Positions 48,000 through 56,453 of a stretch of DNA of 64,000 nucleotides are shown here, in pieces. Within the stretch, counting starts at the first letter, position 1; every line of letters starts with the position of its first letter. The notes under the pieces were generated by a model. That model saw nothing but the letters and a program-made list of their open reading frames with translations, was not told where the DNA came from and did not search any database. The translations under genes were made by a program, and so were the position numbers. Location of the stretch: positions 222,511-286,510 of the forward strand of contig CBDUPA010000006.1 in assembly GCA_965368975.1 (NCBI GenBank). The letters are read 5' to 3'. Source of the stretch: an uncultured bacterium (GTDB lineage Bacteria; Acidobacteriota; Thermoanaerobaculia; Multivoradales; JAHZIX01).

Positions 48000-48683
48000 A
48001 TGCGAAGCTTCGACCCTCGCCTTGCGATCCCCGCCGCGGCCCTGTGGATGACCGTCCTGTTGGCGCTGCTCGTCCTGCTGACGCTGTCGCCCGCTGCTAC
48101 GTATGCCGCCACGGACGGCGAGCTGAGCCAGGCCATCCGCGCCAACGACATCGACGCCGTGCGCGCCCACGGCCCGGACGTGCTGCCGCAGTTGGCCTAC
48201 CTGTACCGCGACGAAGAGAGCGTCGCGACGCGGGCGCAGATCGCGTGGATCTTCTACCGTCTGGGCTGGCCGTCCGTCGAAGCGCGCGACGCCTTGCTGG
48301 CGGATGTGCACACCGATGACGAGACGCTACGGCTGCAGGTGCAGTACGCGCTCAGCCGGGTGAGCAGCGACGAAGTAGTGGTGGATGTGTTGCTGGAGAA
48401 TCTGCAACACGACACCAATCCGCTCTTTCGCGACAAGGCGGCGTGCAGTCTGGCCAACGACCAGATCCACCTGACCGAGACGCAGCGGGTGCGCTTGTTC
48501 CGCAAGTTGATCGACTTGCTGGAAGCGCCGGACGGCGAGACCCGGTCGTTGGCGATTCGGGTGTTGCAGCAGTACACGGGGCAGGCGAAGGGCTTCCATC
48601 CCGGCTTCCCGCTGGGGCATCGATTGGCGGCGGTGGAGCGTTGGCGCACGTGGGTCGCTGAGTATGAGCGGGAGGTGCTGTGA
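48000..48683 (+). CDS. Exported HEAT-repeat protein
   Basis: ATG at 48000 with a GGAGG RBS; hydrophobic N-terminus; HEAT-like D...R..A..AL repeats. Confidence 0.72.
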   Translation: MRSFDPRLAIPAAALWMTVLLALLVLLTLSPAATYAATDGELSQAIRANDIDAVRAHGPDVLPQLAYLYRDEESVATRAQIAWIFYRLGWPSVEARDALLADVHTDDETLRLQVQYALSRVSSDEVVVDVLLENLQHDTNPLFRDKAACSLANDQIHLTETQRVRLFRKLIDLLEAPDGETRSLAIRVLQQYTGQAKGFHPGFPLGHRLAAVERWRTWVAEYEREVL

Positions 48684-49771
48684 TGCACCGTCTCGCGAAA
48701 CTCGCCCTGGCCGCGTTCCTCGTGCCGTCCGTCCTGGGGGCGCAGGGAGAGCGTGAGCCACGATTCGAACCTCCGGTTGGCGATGCCGAACCGGTGTTCT
48801 CGCTGCTCGCGGGCCATGACTTCGAGCGCCAGGCGGACGCCGGGCCAGACACCTTCCGCGTCTACGAGCAGGCGCGCGGACACGTGCAGCGCACCTGGCA
48901 CTTCCGCTTCGACGGTGACTACGCGCTCGAGATCGCCGACGTGCCGGGCGATGGCAACTTCCCGGAGCTGCAGGGCTACTTCGATCCGCGCACGGGTGGC
49001 CAAGTCTTCGTCCACTTCGCCTTCCTGGTCACCGACCCCGCCGAGAGCTTCAATGTCGCCCTCGCTGGCCCTGGCTGGTTCTCCTTGCAGCCGCACGGCA
49101 TCGGCTTCTGGCTAGAGAACCGTGACGGCATGTTGGTGCACCACTCGGACAGCATTCCCAAGAAGCTCCTGCCGCTCGACGGCTACACCTGGTACCAGGT
49201 GGATCTCTTCTACGATGTTGACAGCGGTAGCTACGACCTGGCGATCTTCCAGGAAGGCGATCCGCAGCCGCGCGTGTCGTTGAGCGGCCAGCCGAACGCG
49301 ACCGCGTTCCCGGGCTCGATCGTCGACAAGTTCTCGTTCATCGGTGATCGTGGCTCGGACACCTCGGCGGTGACCTACTACGTCGACGACATCGTCATTG
49401 CCGCTGACCGGGAGGTTCGGCCGCCGGCCTTCGTGGCGCCGGCACGGCGCAGGCTCTTCGTCGAATTGTTCGGTGGGCCCGTCGACGACGCCGAGCGCGC
49501 GGCCGTGCTCGACTCACCGCCGGACCTTGCGGCGCAGCGCGTCTTCCACGACGCGCCGGCCGCCGTCGACCGCTACGCCGATGCTCTCCTGCTCGACGGC
49601 GCCCCGGCTGCGGCGTTGGAGCTGTACCAGCAACTCCTCGAAGTGCCGCAAGCGCCACGCGCCGCGCTACTGCTCAAGATGGCGGACGCCTACTACCTGC
49701 TCGGCGACCTGCAGGCCGAGCAGCAGCTACGCGAGGCGATCTACGGTTCGATCGAAGCGCGCGGCGACTGA
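48680..49771 (+). CDS. Secreted hypothetical protein, beta-sandwich-like region plus a C-terminal TPR
   Basis: Signal peptide, aromatic beta-rich core, and terminal LLKMADAYYLLGD; overlaps the previous stop. Confidence 0.7.
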   Translation: MMHRLAKLALAAFLVPSVLGAQGEREPRFEPPVGDAEPVFSLLAGHDFERQADAGPDTFRVYEQARGHVQRTWHFRFDGDYALEIADVPGDGNFPELQGYFDPRTGGQVFVHFAFLVTDPAESFNVALAGPGWFSLQPHGIGFWLENRDGMLVHHSDSIPKKLLPLDGYTWYQVDLFYDVDSGSYDLAIFQEGDPQPRVSLSGQPNATAFPGSIVDKFSFIGDRGSDTSAVTYYVDDIVIAADREVRPPAFVAPARRRLFVELFGGPVDDAERAAVLDSPPDLAAQRVFHDAPAAVDRYADALLLDGAPAAALELYQQLLEVPQAPRAALLLKMADAYYLLGDLQAEQQLREAIYGSIEARGD

Positions 49772-49793
49772 GCTGGCCAGTGCTGCGGGCGAT

Positions 49794-50648
49794 TCAGCGC
49801 CGCGCGGCGCCGTGCCGGAAGCGCCGCACCGCCAGGGACACCAGGAAGACCGCGGCGGCGGTCAGCACGATCGCCGGTTCGGGGCTGATCTGACTGCCGT
49901 AGACGACGATCCGCGGTACCGTGGTGAGCAGGATCGCCAGCACCACGGAGGCGCAGATCATCGGCGCTAGCCGCCGTAAGTGGTGACCAGCGGTGACCGC
50001 CGGCAGGCTGAGCAGCGCGATGACCAGGATCAGGCCGACCACCTGCGTCAAGGTGATAACCGTCAGGGCAACCAGGATCAACATCACCAGCTCAGTGCCG
50101 AGCAGCGAGACCCCTTGCAGTTCGGCTTGCTCGGGGTCCAGGCAGATGGCCAGGAAACGCTTGTGGAAGATCAGCGCGGTGACCACGATGACGACGTCGA
50201 GCGCGGTCATCAGGACGACATCGTGCCAGCTGACGAAGGACAGGTTGCCGAACAGGTAGCCCATCAGTTCGGTCTGGTAGCCGGGCGTCAGCTTGATCAG
50301 CAAAATGCCGACCGCCATACCGACCGCCCACAGGGCACCGATCAAAGTATCGGCACGCTCACGCACGCGCAGGTGGAGCACCGCTAGGAGAGCGGCGGCG
50401 AGCACCGAGACCAGGGCGGCACCGTGGATCGGCAGCAGCCAGTCGAAGATAGTGGGGTAGTGGTAGCGCAGGTAGATCGCGGCGCCCAGGCCGCCAACCG
50501 CTACGTGTGCGATGGCACCGCCCAGGAAGACGATGCGACGGGTTACCACGTAGGGGCCAATGACACCGCAGGCGAGTCCAGCGAGCACGCCAGCGAGCAG
50601 GCCGGTGAGCAGCAGTGGGTTGGCGGAGAGGTCGAGGAAGAAACTCAT
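49794..50648 (-). CDS. Zn/Mn ABC transporter permease (ZnuB-like)
   Basis: G.YVV.RR..F...IAH, YLFGN, VVG.ILV.ALL..PA; multiple TMs. Confidence 0.92.
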   Translation of the reverse strand: MSFFLDLSANPLLLTGLLAGVLAGLACGVIGPYVVTRRIVFLGGAIAHVAVGGLGAAIYLRYHYPTIFDWLLPIHGAALVSVLAAALLAVLHLRVRERADTLIGALWAVGMAVGILLIKLTPGYQTELMGYLFGNLSFVSWHDVVLMTALDVVIVVTALIFHKRFLAICLDPEQAELQGVSLLGTELVMLILVALTVITLTQVVGLILVIALLSLPAVTAGHHLRRLAPMICASVVLAILLTTVPRIVVYGSQISPEPAIVLTAAAVFLVSLAVRRFRHGAARR

Positions 50649-51436
50649 CGATCGTGTCCGTGTGCAGCCTCGAGGCGCTGGAACTCCCCGCCGTAAATGC
50701 GGGCCATCAGCTGGGGGGACACCGTCTCGCCCTCGACGCGGCTGAGTGTGTGGTCGATGCTGACCACCGTGTGGGTGTGCGCCAGTGCCAGCGAAATGTC
50801 GTGCGTCACCATCACCAGCGCCATCGAGTTCCCCAGGTCGGCCAGGAGCTCGAAGAGTTCCTCCTCACGCCGGGGGTCGATGCCGGTGGTCGGTTCGTCG
50901 AGCAGCAATAGCTGGGCGTCGGCCACCAAGGCTCGGGCGATCAGGACGCGCTGGCGCTGGCCTCCGCTGAGCGTCGCCAGGGGCCGCTCGGCCAGGTCGG
51001 CGGTGCCGGTGCGGGCGAGGGCGTTGCGAGCGGCGTCGATGTCGGCGCGACGGTAACTGGGTCCCCAGGACGACGTCTTGAGCCGTCCCATCAGCACAAT
51101 GTCGAGCGCCGTCGCCGGTACCGTCGGGTCGACCCGTGCCTGCTGCGGCACGTAGCCGATGCGGTGCCGTGACGCGTGCGGGGGTACCCCGAACACGCGG
51201 ACGGTGCCAGCCTGCGGCTCGAGCAGGCCGAGCAGAATCTTGAGCAGCGTCGTCTTGCCGCCGCCGTTGGGACCGATGATGCCGAGGAATTCGTGCTCGC
51301 GGATGCACAGGTCGACGTTGCTGAGCGTCGGTTCGCTCTGCTCGGCGCCCGGATAGGCGAAGGTGACGCCGCGGATCTCGACGGCCAGCGGCGCGTCCGC
51401 CCGCGCGTGTACTGGGGATTCTGCGGCCTCTTTCAT
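50645..51436 (-). CDS. Zn/Mn ABC transporter ATP-binding protein (ZnuC-like)
   Basis: GPNGGGKTT, IGYVPQ, LSGGQRQR, LLLDEP, VTHD. Confidence 0.94.
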   Translation of the reverse strand: MKEAAESPVHARADAPLAVEIRGVTFAYPGAEQSEPTLSNVDLCIREHEFLGIIGPNGGGKTTLLKILLGLLEPQAGTVRVFGVPPHASRHRIGYVPQQARVDPTVPATALDIVLMGRLKTSSWGPSYRRADIDAARNALARTGTADLAERPLATLSGGQRQRVLIARALVADAQLLLLDEPTTGIDPRREEELFELLADLGNSMALVMVTHDISLALAHTHTVVSIDHTLSRVEGETVSPQLMARIYGGEFQRLEAAHGHDR

Positions 51437-51446
51437 GGACGGCCTT

Positions 51447-52358
51447 TCATGAGCAAGGCGCCTCGAACGAGGCTACCAAGGCCGCTGCCGTGCGGCGCAG
51501 CGCTGTCTCGACGTCGGCGTTCAGGGGATCCAACGTTACCGTACAACCACCGAGAGCTGCGGCCACCGCTTCGGCGGCACGGCTGGTGACTTGGGGTTGC
51601 ACGAAGACCACCCGCAGACCCTGGCGTCGTGCGGTCCGCAAGACCGCGGTCAACTCAGCGTCGGTGGGCGGCTTGCCCTCGACCTCAATGGCGACTTGCT
51701 GCAATTCGTAGGCGTCGGCGAAGTGTCCCCAGGACGGGTGGAAGACGAGGAAGGAGCCGCCGGCATAGGGCGCCAGCTGCCGGCGCAGCTCGTCGTCCAG
51801 GGCGTGCAGTCGGGTGTCGAGAGCGACGGCCCGCTGGCGGTAGGCAGTGCAGGCATCCGGGTCGAGCTGGCACAGCATGTCGGTGATCGGCGCCGCCTGC
51901 TGGCGCAGGTCCGACGGGCTGAGCCAGCTGTGCGGGTCGTCGGCGCCGTGCGCGTGGCCGTGACCGTGGTGTCCAGTCGAGGACCGGCTCGCCGGGGCCT
52001 GGTCCGAGGGGCGCTGGTCGAACACGGGCAGACCGGCGTCGCCGAGCGCGTCGAACCACGGGCCGTCCTCGAACGGCACGCCGATTCGCAGATAGGCGCG
52101 CGCCGCCAGCACGCGGCTCATCTCATGGTCGCCGGGCAGGAAGGTCTCCGGGCTGGCGCCGGGCTTGACCAGCACCCGCACGTTCACCTCCTCGCCGCCG
52201 ATCTGCTCCACCAGCCAGGCCTGAGGCGGCAGGCTGACGGCGATCGTCAGGGTGTCCAGTCGCGTCTCGCTGGTCGGCGGGCTGGTGCAGCCGTAAGCTG
52301 TCAAGGCAGCGAAGGCCCAGGCCGTCACGAGCCAGCGAGGAAGAGATACTGAAGTCAT
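51447..52358 (-). CDS. Zn/Mn ABC transporter substrate-binding lipoprotein (ZnuA-like)
   Basis: Lipobox AYGC, His-rich loop GHHGHGHAHG, DPHSWLSP, FHPSW.HFA. Confidence 0.92.
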   Translation of the reverse strand: MTSVSLPRWLVTAWAFAALTAYGCTSPPTSETRLDTLTIAVSLPPQAWLVEQIGGEEVNVRVLVKPGASPETFLPGDHEMSRVLAARAYLRIGVPFEDGPWFDALGDAGLPVFDQRPSDQAPASRSSTGHHGHGHAHGADDPHSWLSPSDLRQQAAPITDMLCQLDPDACTAYRQRAVALDTRLHALDDELRRQLAPYAGGSFLVFHPSWGHFADAYELQQVAIEVEGKPPTDAELTAVLRTARRQGLRVVFVQPQVTSRAAEAVAAALGGCTVTLDPLNADVETALRRTAAALVASFEAPCS

Positions 52359-52361
52359 CTG

Positions 52362-52387
52362 GAAAATGATACTAGGATCTCAATTTC
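52362..52387. promoter_or_regulatory. Imperfect AT-rich palindrome, possible Zur/Fur-family operator
   Basis: gaaaatgatactaggatctcaatttc directly upstream of the znuA-like start; spacing is one base longer than a 7-1-7 box. Confidence 0.35.
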
Positions 52388-52434
52388 ATGGCAACCAACA
52401 TTCCCTTACCGTCGAGGGCGTGCGCGTAGACACG

Positions 52435-52462
52435 AAAAAGGGCCCGGAGGCAGCTCCGGGCC
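52435..52462 (-). terminator. Intrinsic terminator of the META gene
   Basis: Minus strand ggcccggag-ctgc-ctccgggcc-cttttt. Confidence 0.8.
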
Positions 52463-52499
52463 AGTGACGTTGCACGGAAGTTCGGAGTCTCGCGGAGCT

Positions 52500-53186
52500 C
52501 TACTTCTTCACGGATTTGAAGCGCATCGCCATCTCGGTTCCGGCCCACAGCAACTCGAGGTTCTTGCCGTCGGTCGTGAACCGTTCGGCGGCCTCGAGAC
52601 CCTGGAAGAAGCGCCGCTCCTGCTCCATCACGCCCGCAGGCTCAGGGCAGTACATCTCAGTGTGGACGATGGGACCGATGTCGATGCGATCCTTCGCAGT
52701 GAGGTAGCTGCCGCCGTAGGCATTGCAGCCGCCCGAGCCCGAGGCGCTGGTCTCGGAGAAGTTCAGCGTCACGCGGGTACCCGGAATCACCGGATCCTGG
52801 CGGCGCCCGATGCGGAACTCGACGAGCTCCCAGGATGTATCGGCGAGAGGCAGCAGGCCAGCGTCCGCGGCTTCGGCCAGGCCGGTAGGCGGCATGAGGC
52901 TGAGCACACGCACCTGCACTTGGTGTGGGCCGGCGAGGTCGACGACGGTGATGCTGCGCGGGATGGATTGGACCTGGAAGCTCTGCTGGATGCTGAACGG
53001 GCTGATGACCTGCAATGGTCCCGGCACCCAGTAGAGCGTGTGGACGGGCGGAATCGGCTTGGGGTTCTGCTCGAGCCAGATCGCGACCTGGTTGCTCGGG
53101 GTTTCGCCCTGGGCATGGATGATGATGGTGTTGTCGATGGCGACGGCGCTGTAGCGCTTGGCGAGGGCGAGTTGCTTGATGCTCAT
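52500..53186 (-). CDS. META (HslJ-like) domain protein with an extra ~95-aa N-terminal beta domain, copy 1
   Basis: LADTSWEL, SGSGGCNAYGGSY, T.MYC...MEQE..F...L; no signal peptide or lipobox. Confidence 0.88.
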   Translation of the reverse strand: MSIKQLALAKRYSAVAIDNTIIIHAQGETPSNQVAIWLEQNPKPIPPVHTLYWVPGPLQVISPFSIQQSFQVQSIPRSITVVDLAGPHQVQVRVLSLMPPTGLAEAADAGLLPLADTSWELVEFRIGRRQDPVIPGTRVTLNFSETSASGSGGCNAYGGSYLTAKDRIDIGPIVHTEMYCPEPAGVMEQERRFFQGLEAAERFTTDGKNLELLWAGTEMAMRFKSVKK

Positions 53187-53239
53187 GGAAGTCTCCTGAT
53201 GAGTTGAGAGCGGTTGAGGAGGTGTCCTTACGCTCTATA

Positions 53240-53267
53240 CCTGTCGCCAGGGACTAGCTTCTCTCAC
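53240..53267 (-). promoter_or_regulatory. GTGAGAG-N17-CAGG putative ECF promoter
   Basis: Minus strand gtgagag aagctagtccctggcga cagg. Confidence 0.6.
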
Positions 53268-53326
53268 CTCGGCTGAGATTTCTCAATCGTGCTGGCGAGG
53301 GGAGCGGCTAATAGACCGGCGAAGAC

Positions 53327-53367
53327 AAACAAAAAGGAGGATCTCGACAAGCACAGGCATCTTCCTT
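53327..53367 (-). terminator. Probable intrinsic terminator after 53406..54071
   Basis: Minus strand aaggaagat...atcctcctt followed by tttgttt. Confidence 0.55.
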
Positions 53368-53405
53368 ACTGTCATGTCGCGATCGGAAGTCTCTGGCATC
53401 TTCGT

Positions 53406-54071
53406 TCAGCAGTTCCCATCTGGGCAGTCAATAGCCTCCCAACTACCGGATTGTAGGGGTGTAGACTCTCCGGGTTTTCCTAGCACAATGTTACATACGA
53501 GGACGTTCTTCAGGAGAGTTGTGTCGAACTGAACTTCCAGGGTGTAGTTCACTAAGTTGCCATCTACGGAGAAACGACCTCTGAGTGTTCCGGGGCCGGC
53601 GCTTTGGTATTGAGCGGGGTCCGTTACATGCCTAACCCAAGAGGCTGGGTTGCTAGGCTCATTGGAACCAAAGAAGAATTCCTCTGGGCCACCCGAGATG
53701 CTAAGGATCTCCCCTGCTCTGGCATACTGGGCTCCAACGAACGCGTCTCTCACTCGCCATTCACTAGTGAAGACAGAGTAGTCTGGCTCCGCAATCCAGC
53801 TTGTTTGGTCAGTATTGCATGTGATGTATTGGCCTTGTTGATGTATGGTGAATTGCCTTCCAGGAGGTAGTGAGCCTCCTATCGTATTGTCATCGTTGTA
53901 GGATGCTAGAGTCGGGCTCCAAATCGGGGAGCCCACAGATTCCACCTCAAACGTGACGGCTTTCTCAGCATGCAGTATAGGTTTGATTCTCTCTCCTATG
54001 TGAGTGGTTGGGATTGAATCCGGCGCGTTGACTACTTTCCATCTGCGGAATAGAGTTGTTTTTCTAGACAT
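53406..54071 (-). CDS. Hypothetical 'GSWxA' family protein, two tandem domains
   Basis: AAGGAG RBS, AT-richer sequence; LFRRWKV...SWIAE then VFTSEWRV...GSWEAIDCPDGNC. Confidence 0.78.
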   Translation of the reverse strand: MSRKTTLFRRWKVVNAPDSIPTTHIGERIKPILHAEKAVTFEVESVGSPIWSPTLASYNDDNTIGGSLPPGRQFTIHQQGQYITCNTDQTSWIAEPDYSVFTSEWRVRDAFVGAQYARAGEILSISGGPEEFFFGSNEPSNPASWVRHVTDPAQYQSAGPGTLRGRFSVDGNLVNYTLEVQFDTTLLKNVLVCNIVLGKPGESTPLQSGSWEAIDCPDGNC

Positions 54072-54188
54072 GAAGATTATTCTCCTTTATTAGTGATGTT
54101 CCCTGGTTGCCTTTTGGATTCCTGTTTCCGATTGCAGGCGTGTCGATCTACGTCTTCTAGTTGGATATCAACTAGTGTGTATTGATGT

Positions 54189-54216
54189 ACTGCTCTGTTG
54201 AACGGAAACCTCTCAC
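54189..54216 (-). promoter_or_regulatory. GTGAGAG-N17-CAGT putative ECF promoter
   Basis: Minus strand gtgagag gtttccgttcaacagag cagt. Confidence 0.62.
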
Positions 54217-54478
54217 TGGTGTTTGGAGATATCCCGGATTGAGTGGTGCTACTGTCGAGTTGTTCATGGGGTCGCTTGTGGCAAGCTGTTTCAGGTGGGT
54301 TGTGCTACTGAAGGGGTAGAGAGGGATTCTGGGTTCGCAAGTCTTGATCGCAATTTCGTGCGTATTTCCTGGCTCTGTTGATGGGGGTGGCGTATTGGCT
54401 CCTGTCGGCACGACTGTGGGCCAGAGAGAGAGCTATGGTTCCGTGGCTGGAGGTCAAAGATCTTGGGTGTTACGACCG

Positions 54479-54523
54479 CAAAGCAAGAAGGAGGATGCCG
54501 GCGGTGCCGGACATCCTCCTTCT
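54479..54523 (-). terminator. Hairpin/terminator after META copy 2
   Basis: agaaggaggatg ... catcctccttct 12-bp arms with an inner ccggc/gccgg stem. Confidence 0.7.
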
Positions 54524-54545
54524 GTGTACTGCGGAAGGGTTGCTG

Positions 54546-55244
54546 CTACTTCTCGAGAGCCCTGAACCGCAGCGCCCGCTCGCCGTCCTGCCAGAACAGA
54601 CGCAGTCCCTTGCCGTCAGCAGTGAAAGTCTCCGCGGCTTCAAGCCCCTGGAAGTAGAGCTGTTCCTGCTCCATGCGTCCCGGCGGTTCGGGGCAGAACA
54701 TGCGGGTACTGCCCATCGGGCCGATGTCGATGCTGTCGCCGGAGGCGAAGTAGCTGCCGAAGTAGGTGTTGCAACCACCCGAGCCGGAGACGCCGCCGCG
54801 ATCGTCGAAGTCGAGGGTGATGCGCGTGCCGTCGATGACGGGGATCTGTTGGCGCCCGACGACGAACTCCGTCAGCTGCCAGGAGGTGCCGGCCAGGGGT
54901 AGGGATGCGGCTTCGGCGGTCAGTGCCTGGCTGTCAGCGGTTGTCGAAGGCAGACCGATCGGACGTACGTGGACTTGGTGCGAACCGGCCAGGTCGACCA
55001 CGGTGATGCTGCGCGGGAGCGCGCTGACCTGGAAGCTCTGCCGGACCTTGAACGGACTGACGACGGGCAGCCAGCCCGGCACCCAGTAGAGATAGTGGAT
55101 CGCTGGCTCGACGTCTTCGGGTCCTTGTTCCAGCCAGATTGCGGTCTGGCTGGAGGGGGTCTCGCCTTCGGCGAAGAGGATGATGGTGTTGCCGATGGCG
55201 ACGGCGCTGTAGCGCTGGGCGAGAGCGAGTTGCTTGAGGCTCAT
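54546..55244 (-). CDS. META (HslJ-like) domain protein with an extra N-terminal domain, copy 2
   Basis: Close paralog of 52500..53186 (MS[I/L]KQLALA.RYSAVAI; SGSGGCN.Y.GSY; MEQE..F.QGLEAAE). Confidence 0.88.
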   Translation of the reverse strand: MSLKQLALAQRYSAVAIGNTIILFAEGETPSSQTAIWLEQGPEDVEPAIHYLYWVPGWLPVVSPFKVRQSFQVSALPRSITVVDLAGSHQVHVRPIGLPSTTADSQALTAEAASLPLAGTSWQLTEFVVGRQQIPVIDGTRITLDFDDRGGVSGSGGCNTYFGSYFASGDSIDIGPMGSTRMFCPEPPGRMEQEQLYFQGLEAAETFTADGKGLRLFWQDGERALRFRALEK

Positions 55245-55293
55245 GGTGGGTCTCCTGAGTTGAGCAGTGGTTGCGAAGGGGCACTACTGCTCT

Positions 55294-55321
55294 ACTGCCG
55301 GGGCCAGCCGAGTCCTCTCAT
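55294..55321 (-). promoter_or_regulatory. ATGAGAG-N17-CAGT putative ECF promoter
   Basis: Minus strand atgagag gactcggctggccccgg cagt. Confidence 0.58.
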
Positions 55322-55384
55322 CTTGTTTCGGAGGTTCTCGCCAAGACGAGGGCTACCGGTGGTCAGAAGGGGGGTAAGGGACAG

Positions 55385-55418
55385 AAAAAGAGGATGCCTG
55401 GTTCTCCCGGGCATCCTC
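55385..55418 (-). terminator. Intrinsic terminator after 55453..55848
   Basis: Minus strand gaggatgcc ... ggcatcctc followed by ttttt. Confidence 0.75.
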
Positions 55419-55452
55419 CGAGCCTGCGGCTGAGACTTCGAGTCTCTACTTC

Positions 55453-55848
55453 TCAGCAACTGCCATCGGGGCAATCCGTGGCCTCCCAGCTGCCGACCTC
55501 GTCCGGGTTGCCATCGGGGCTCCGGTCAAAGAACGAAGCAGAGAGTCGGGGCTGTCCGGCAGGGTCGTCATAGATCTTCATCTGAAATCCCGCGGGCTTC
55601 AGGGTTCCAGTGTCGTCTCGGAAGAGTAAGTCTCCGTCGACGAGGTTACTATCTGCTAGGTACTGCGCCCTTACGATCTGATGATCGCACCATGAGGGGG
55701 CACGTTCTTCCCTGTCCAGGTTGACTGCGCAAGAAAAGGTGAAGAAATCCCCAACGGCTGTGAAAGTGACCTTCTCACCGAAATGAGAATAGAAACGCGG
55801 TGATAATCTATCGACTCGCCAAGTGCTCTCGAAATCTTCCATTGCCAT
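55453..55848 (-). CDS. Hypothetical 'GSWxA' family protein
   Basis: AAGGAG RBS; DFESTWRV..YSHFGEKV...GSWEATDCPDGSC. Confidence 0.78.
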   Translation of the reverse strand: MAMEDFESTWRVDRLSPRFYSHFGEKVTFTAVGDFFTFSCAVNLDREERAPSWCDHQIVRAQYLADSNLVDGDLLFRDDTGTLKPAGFQMKIYDDPAGQPRLSASFFDRSPDGNPDEVGSWEATDCPDGSC

Positions 55849-55962
55849 GGTCGCTCCTTTTCTTGTTTTTCGGAATTTATCTGCAAACTAAACTCTCTGC
55901 GCCTTTGATCGCAGTCGCCTGCTGCTATCCAACTTCCGGCTGCTGGATCACGTGCCCGCCTC

Positions 55963-56334
55963 TTATCCGCCCTCATCCGTTGCTACCCAACTCCCTGCCT
56001 GCCGTATTCCTTTCCGTGACGAAGCAGCCTCGGCGTCATCGACTTGGCAATCCAGCACCTTCCTGCCCGGATTCGGCTGACTGATCGTGATCACGTATAT
56101 GTGTGGGCCGCCGTTGAACGGGAAGTTGCCGCGGATCTCGTGCTCGGTGGGGTAATACGTACCGGTTCTCGTGGGCTCTCCCCAGGTGCGAAGGGTTTCG
56201 TCATGCGGGCGTACGTCGAAAGTCACGTTGTTGTCTTCTGCAACCGTGATACGGATACGCTCCTTCAGGTGTGAGTAGGGTTCGTTCTGAACGTTCCCAA
56301 TCTTCCAGTTCTTCTCGAACTCGTTCTTAGGCAT
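55963..56334 (-). CDS. Hypothetical 'GSWxA' family protein
   Basis: AAGGA RBS; EFEKNWKI..YSHLKERI...GSWVATDEGG. Confidence 0.78.
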   Translation of the reverse strand: MPKNEFEKNWKIGNVQNEPYSHLKERIRITVAEDNNVTFDVRPHDETLRTWGEPTRTGTYYPTEHEIRGNFPFNGGPHIYVITISQPNPGRKVLDCQVDDAEAASSRKGIRQAGSWVATDEGG

Positions 56335-56380
56335 GATCGATCCTTTTCTCAGAAGTCATATCAAGTGGAACTACTTGAGT

Positions 56381-56408
56381 ACTGCCCCGCGAAGATCGGA
56401 CCTCTCAC
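56381..56408 (-). promoter_or_regulatory. GTGAGAG-N17-CAGT putative ECF promoter
   Basis: Minus strand gtgagag gtccgatcttcgcgggg cagt. Confidence 0.62.
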
Positions 56409-56453
56409 TCGAAAGCGAGAAATCCTGACGACCTGCATAGCGGAGAAGAGGTT

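Noticed and set aside
54172-54411. 79-aa minus-strand ORF between META copy 2 and the two-domain GSWxA gene
   Set aside because: No RBS or motif, and it runs through the predicted promoter at 54189-54216; probably non-coding.
52435-56408. Cassette array as an integron
   Set aside because: No integrase and no attC-type RYYYAAC...GTTRRRY sites were recognised; the hairpins look like terminators and the genes carry their own promoter motif.
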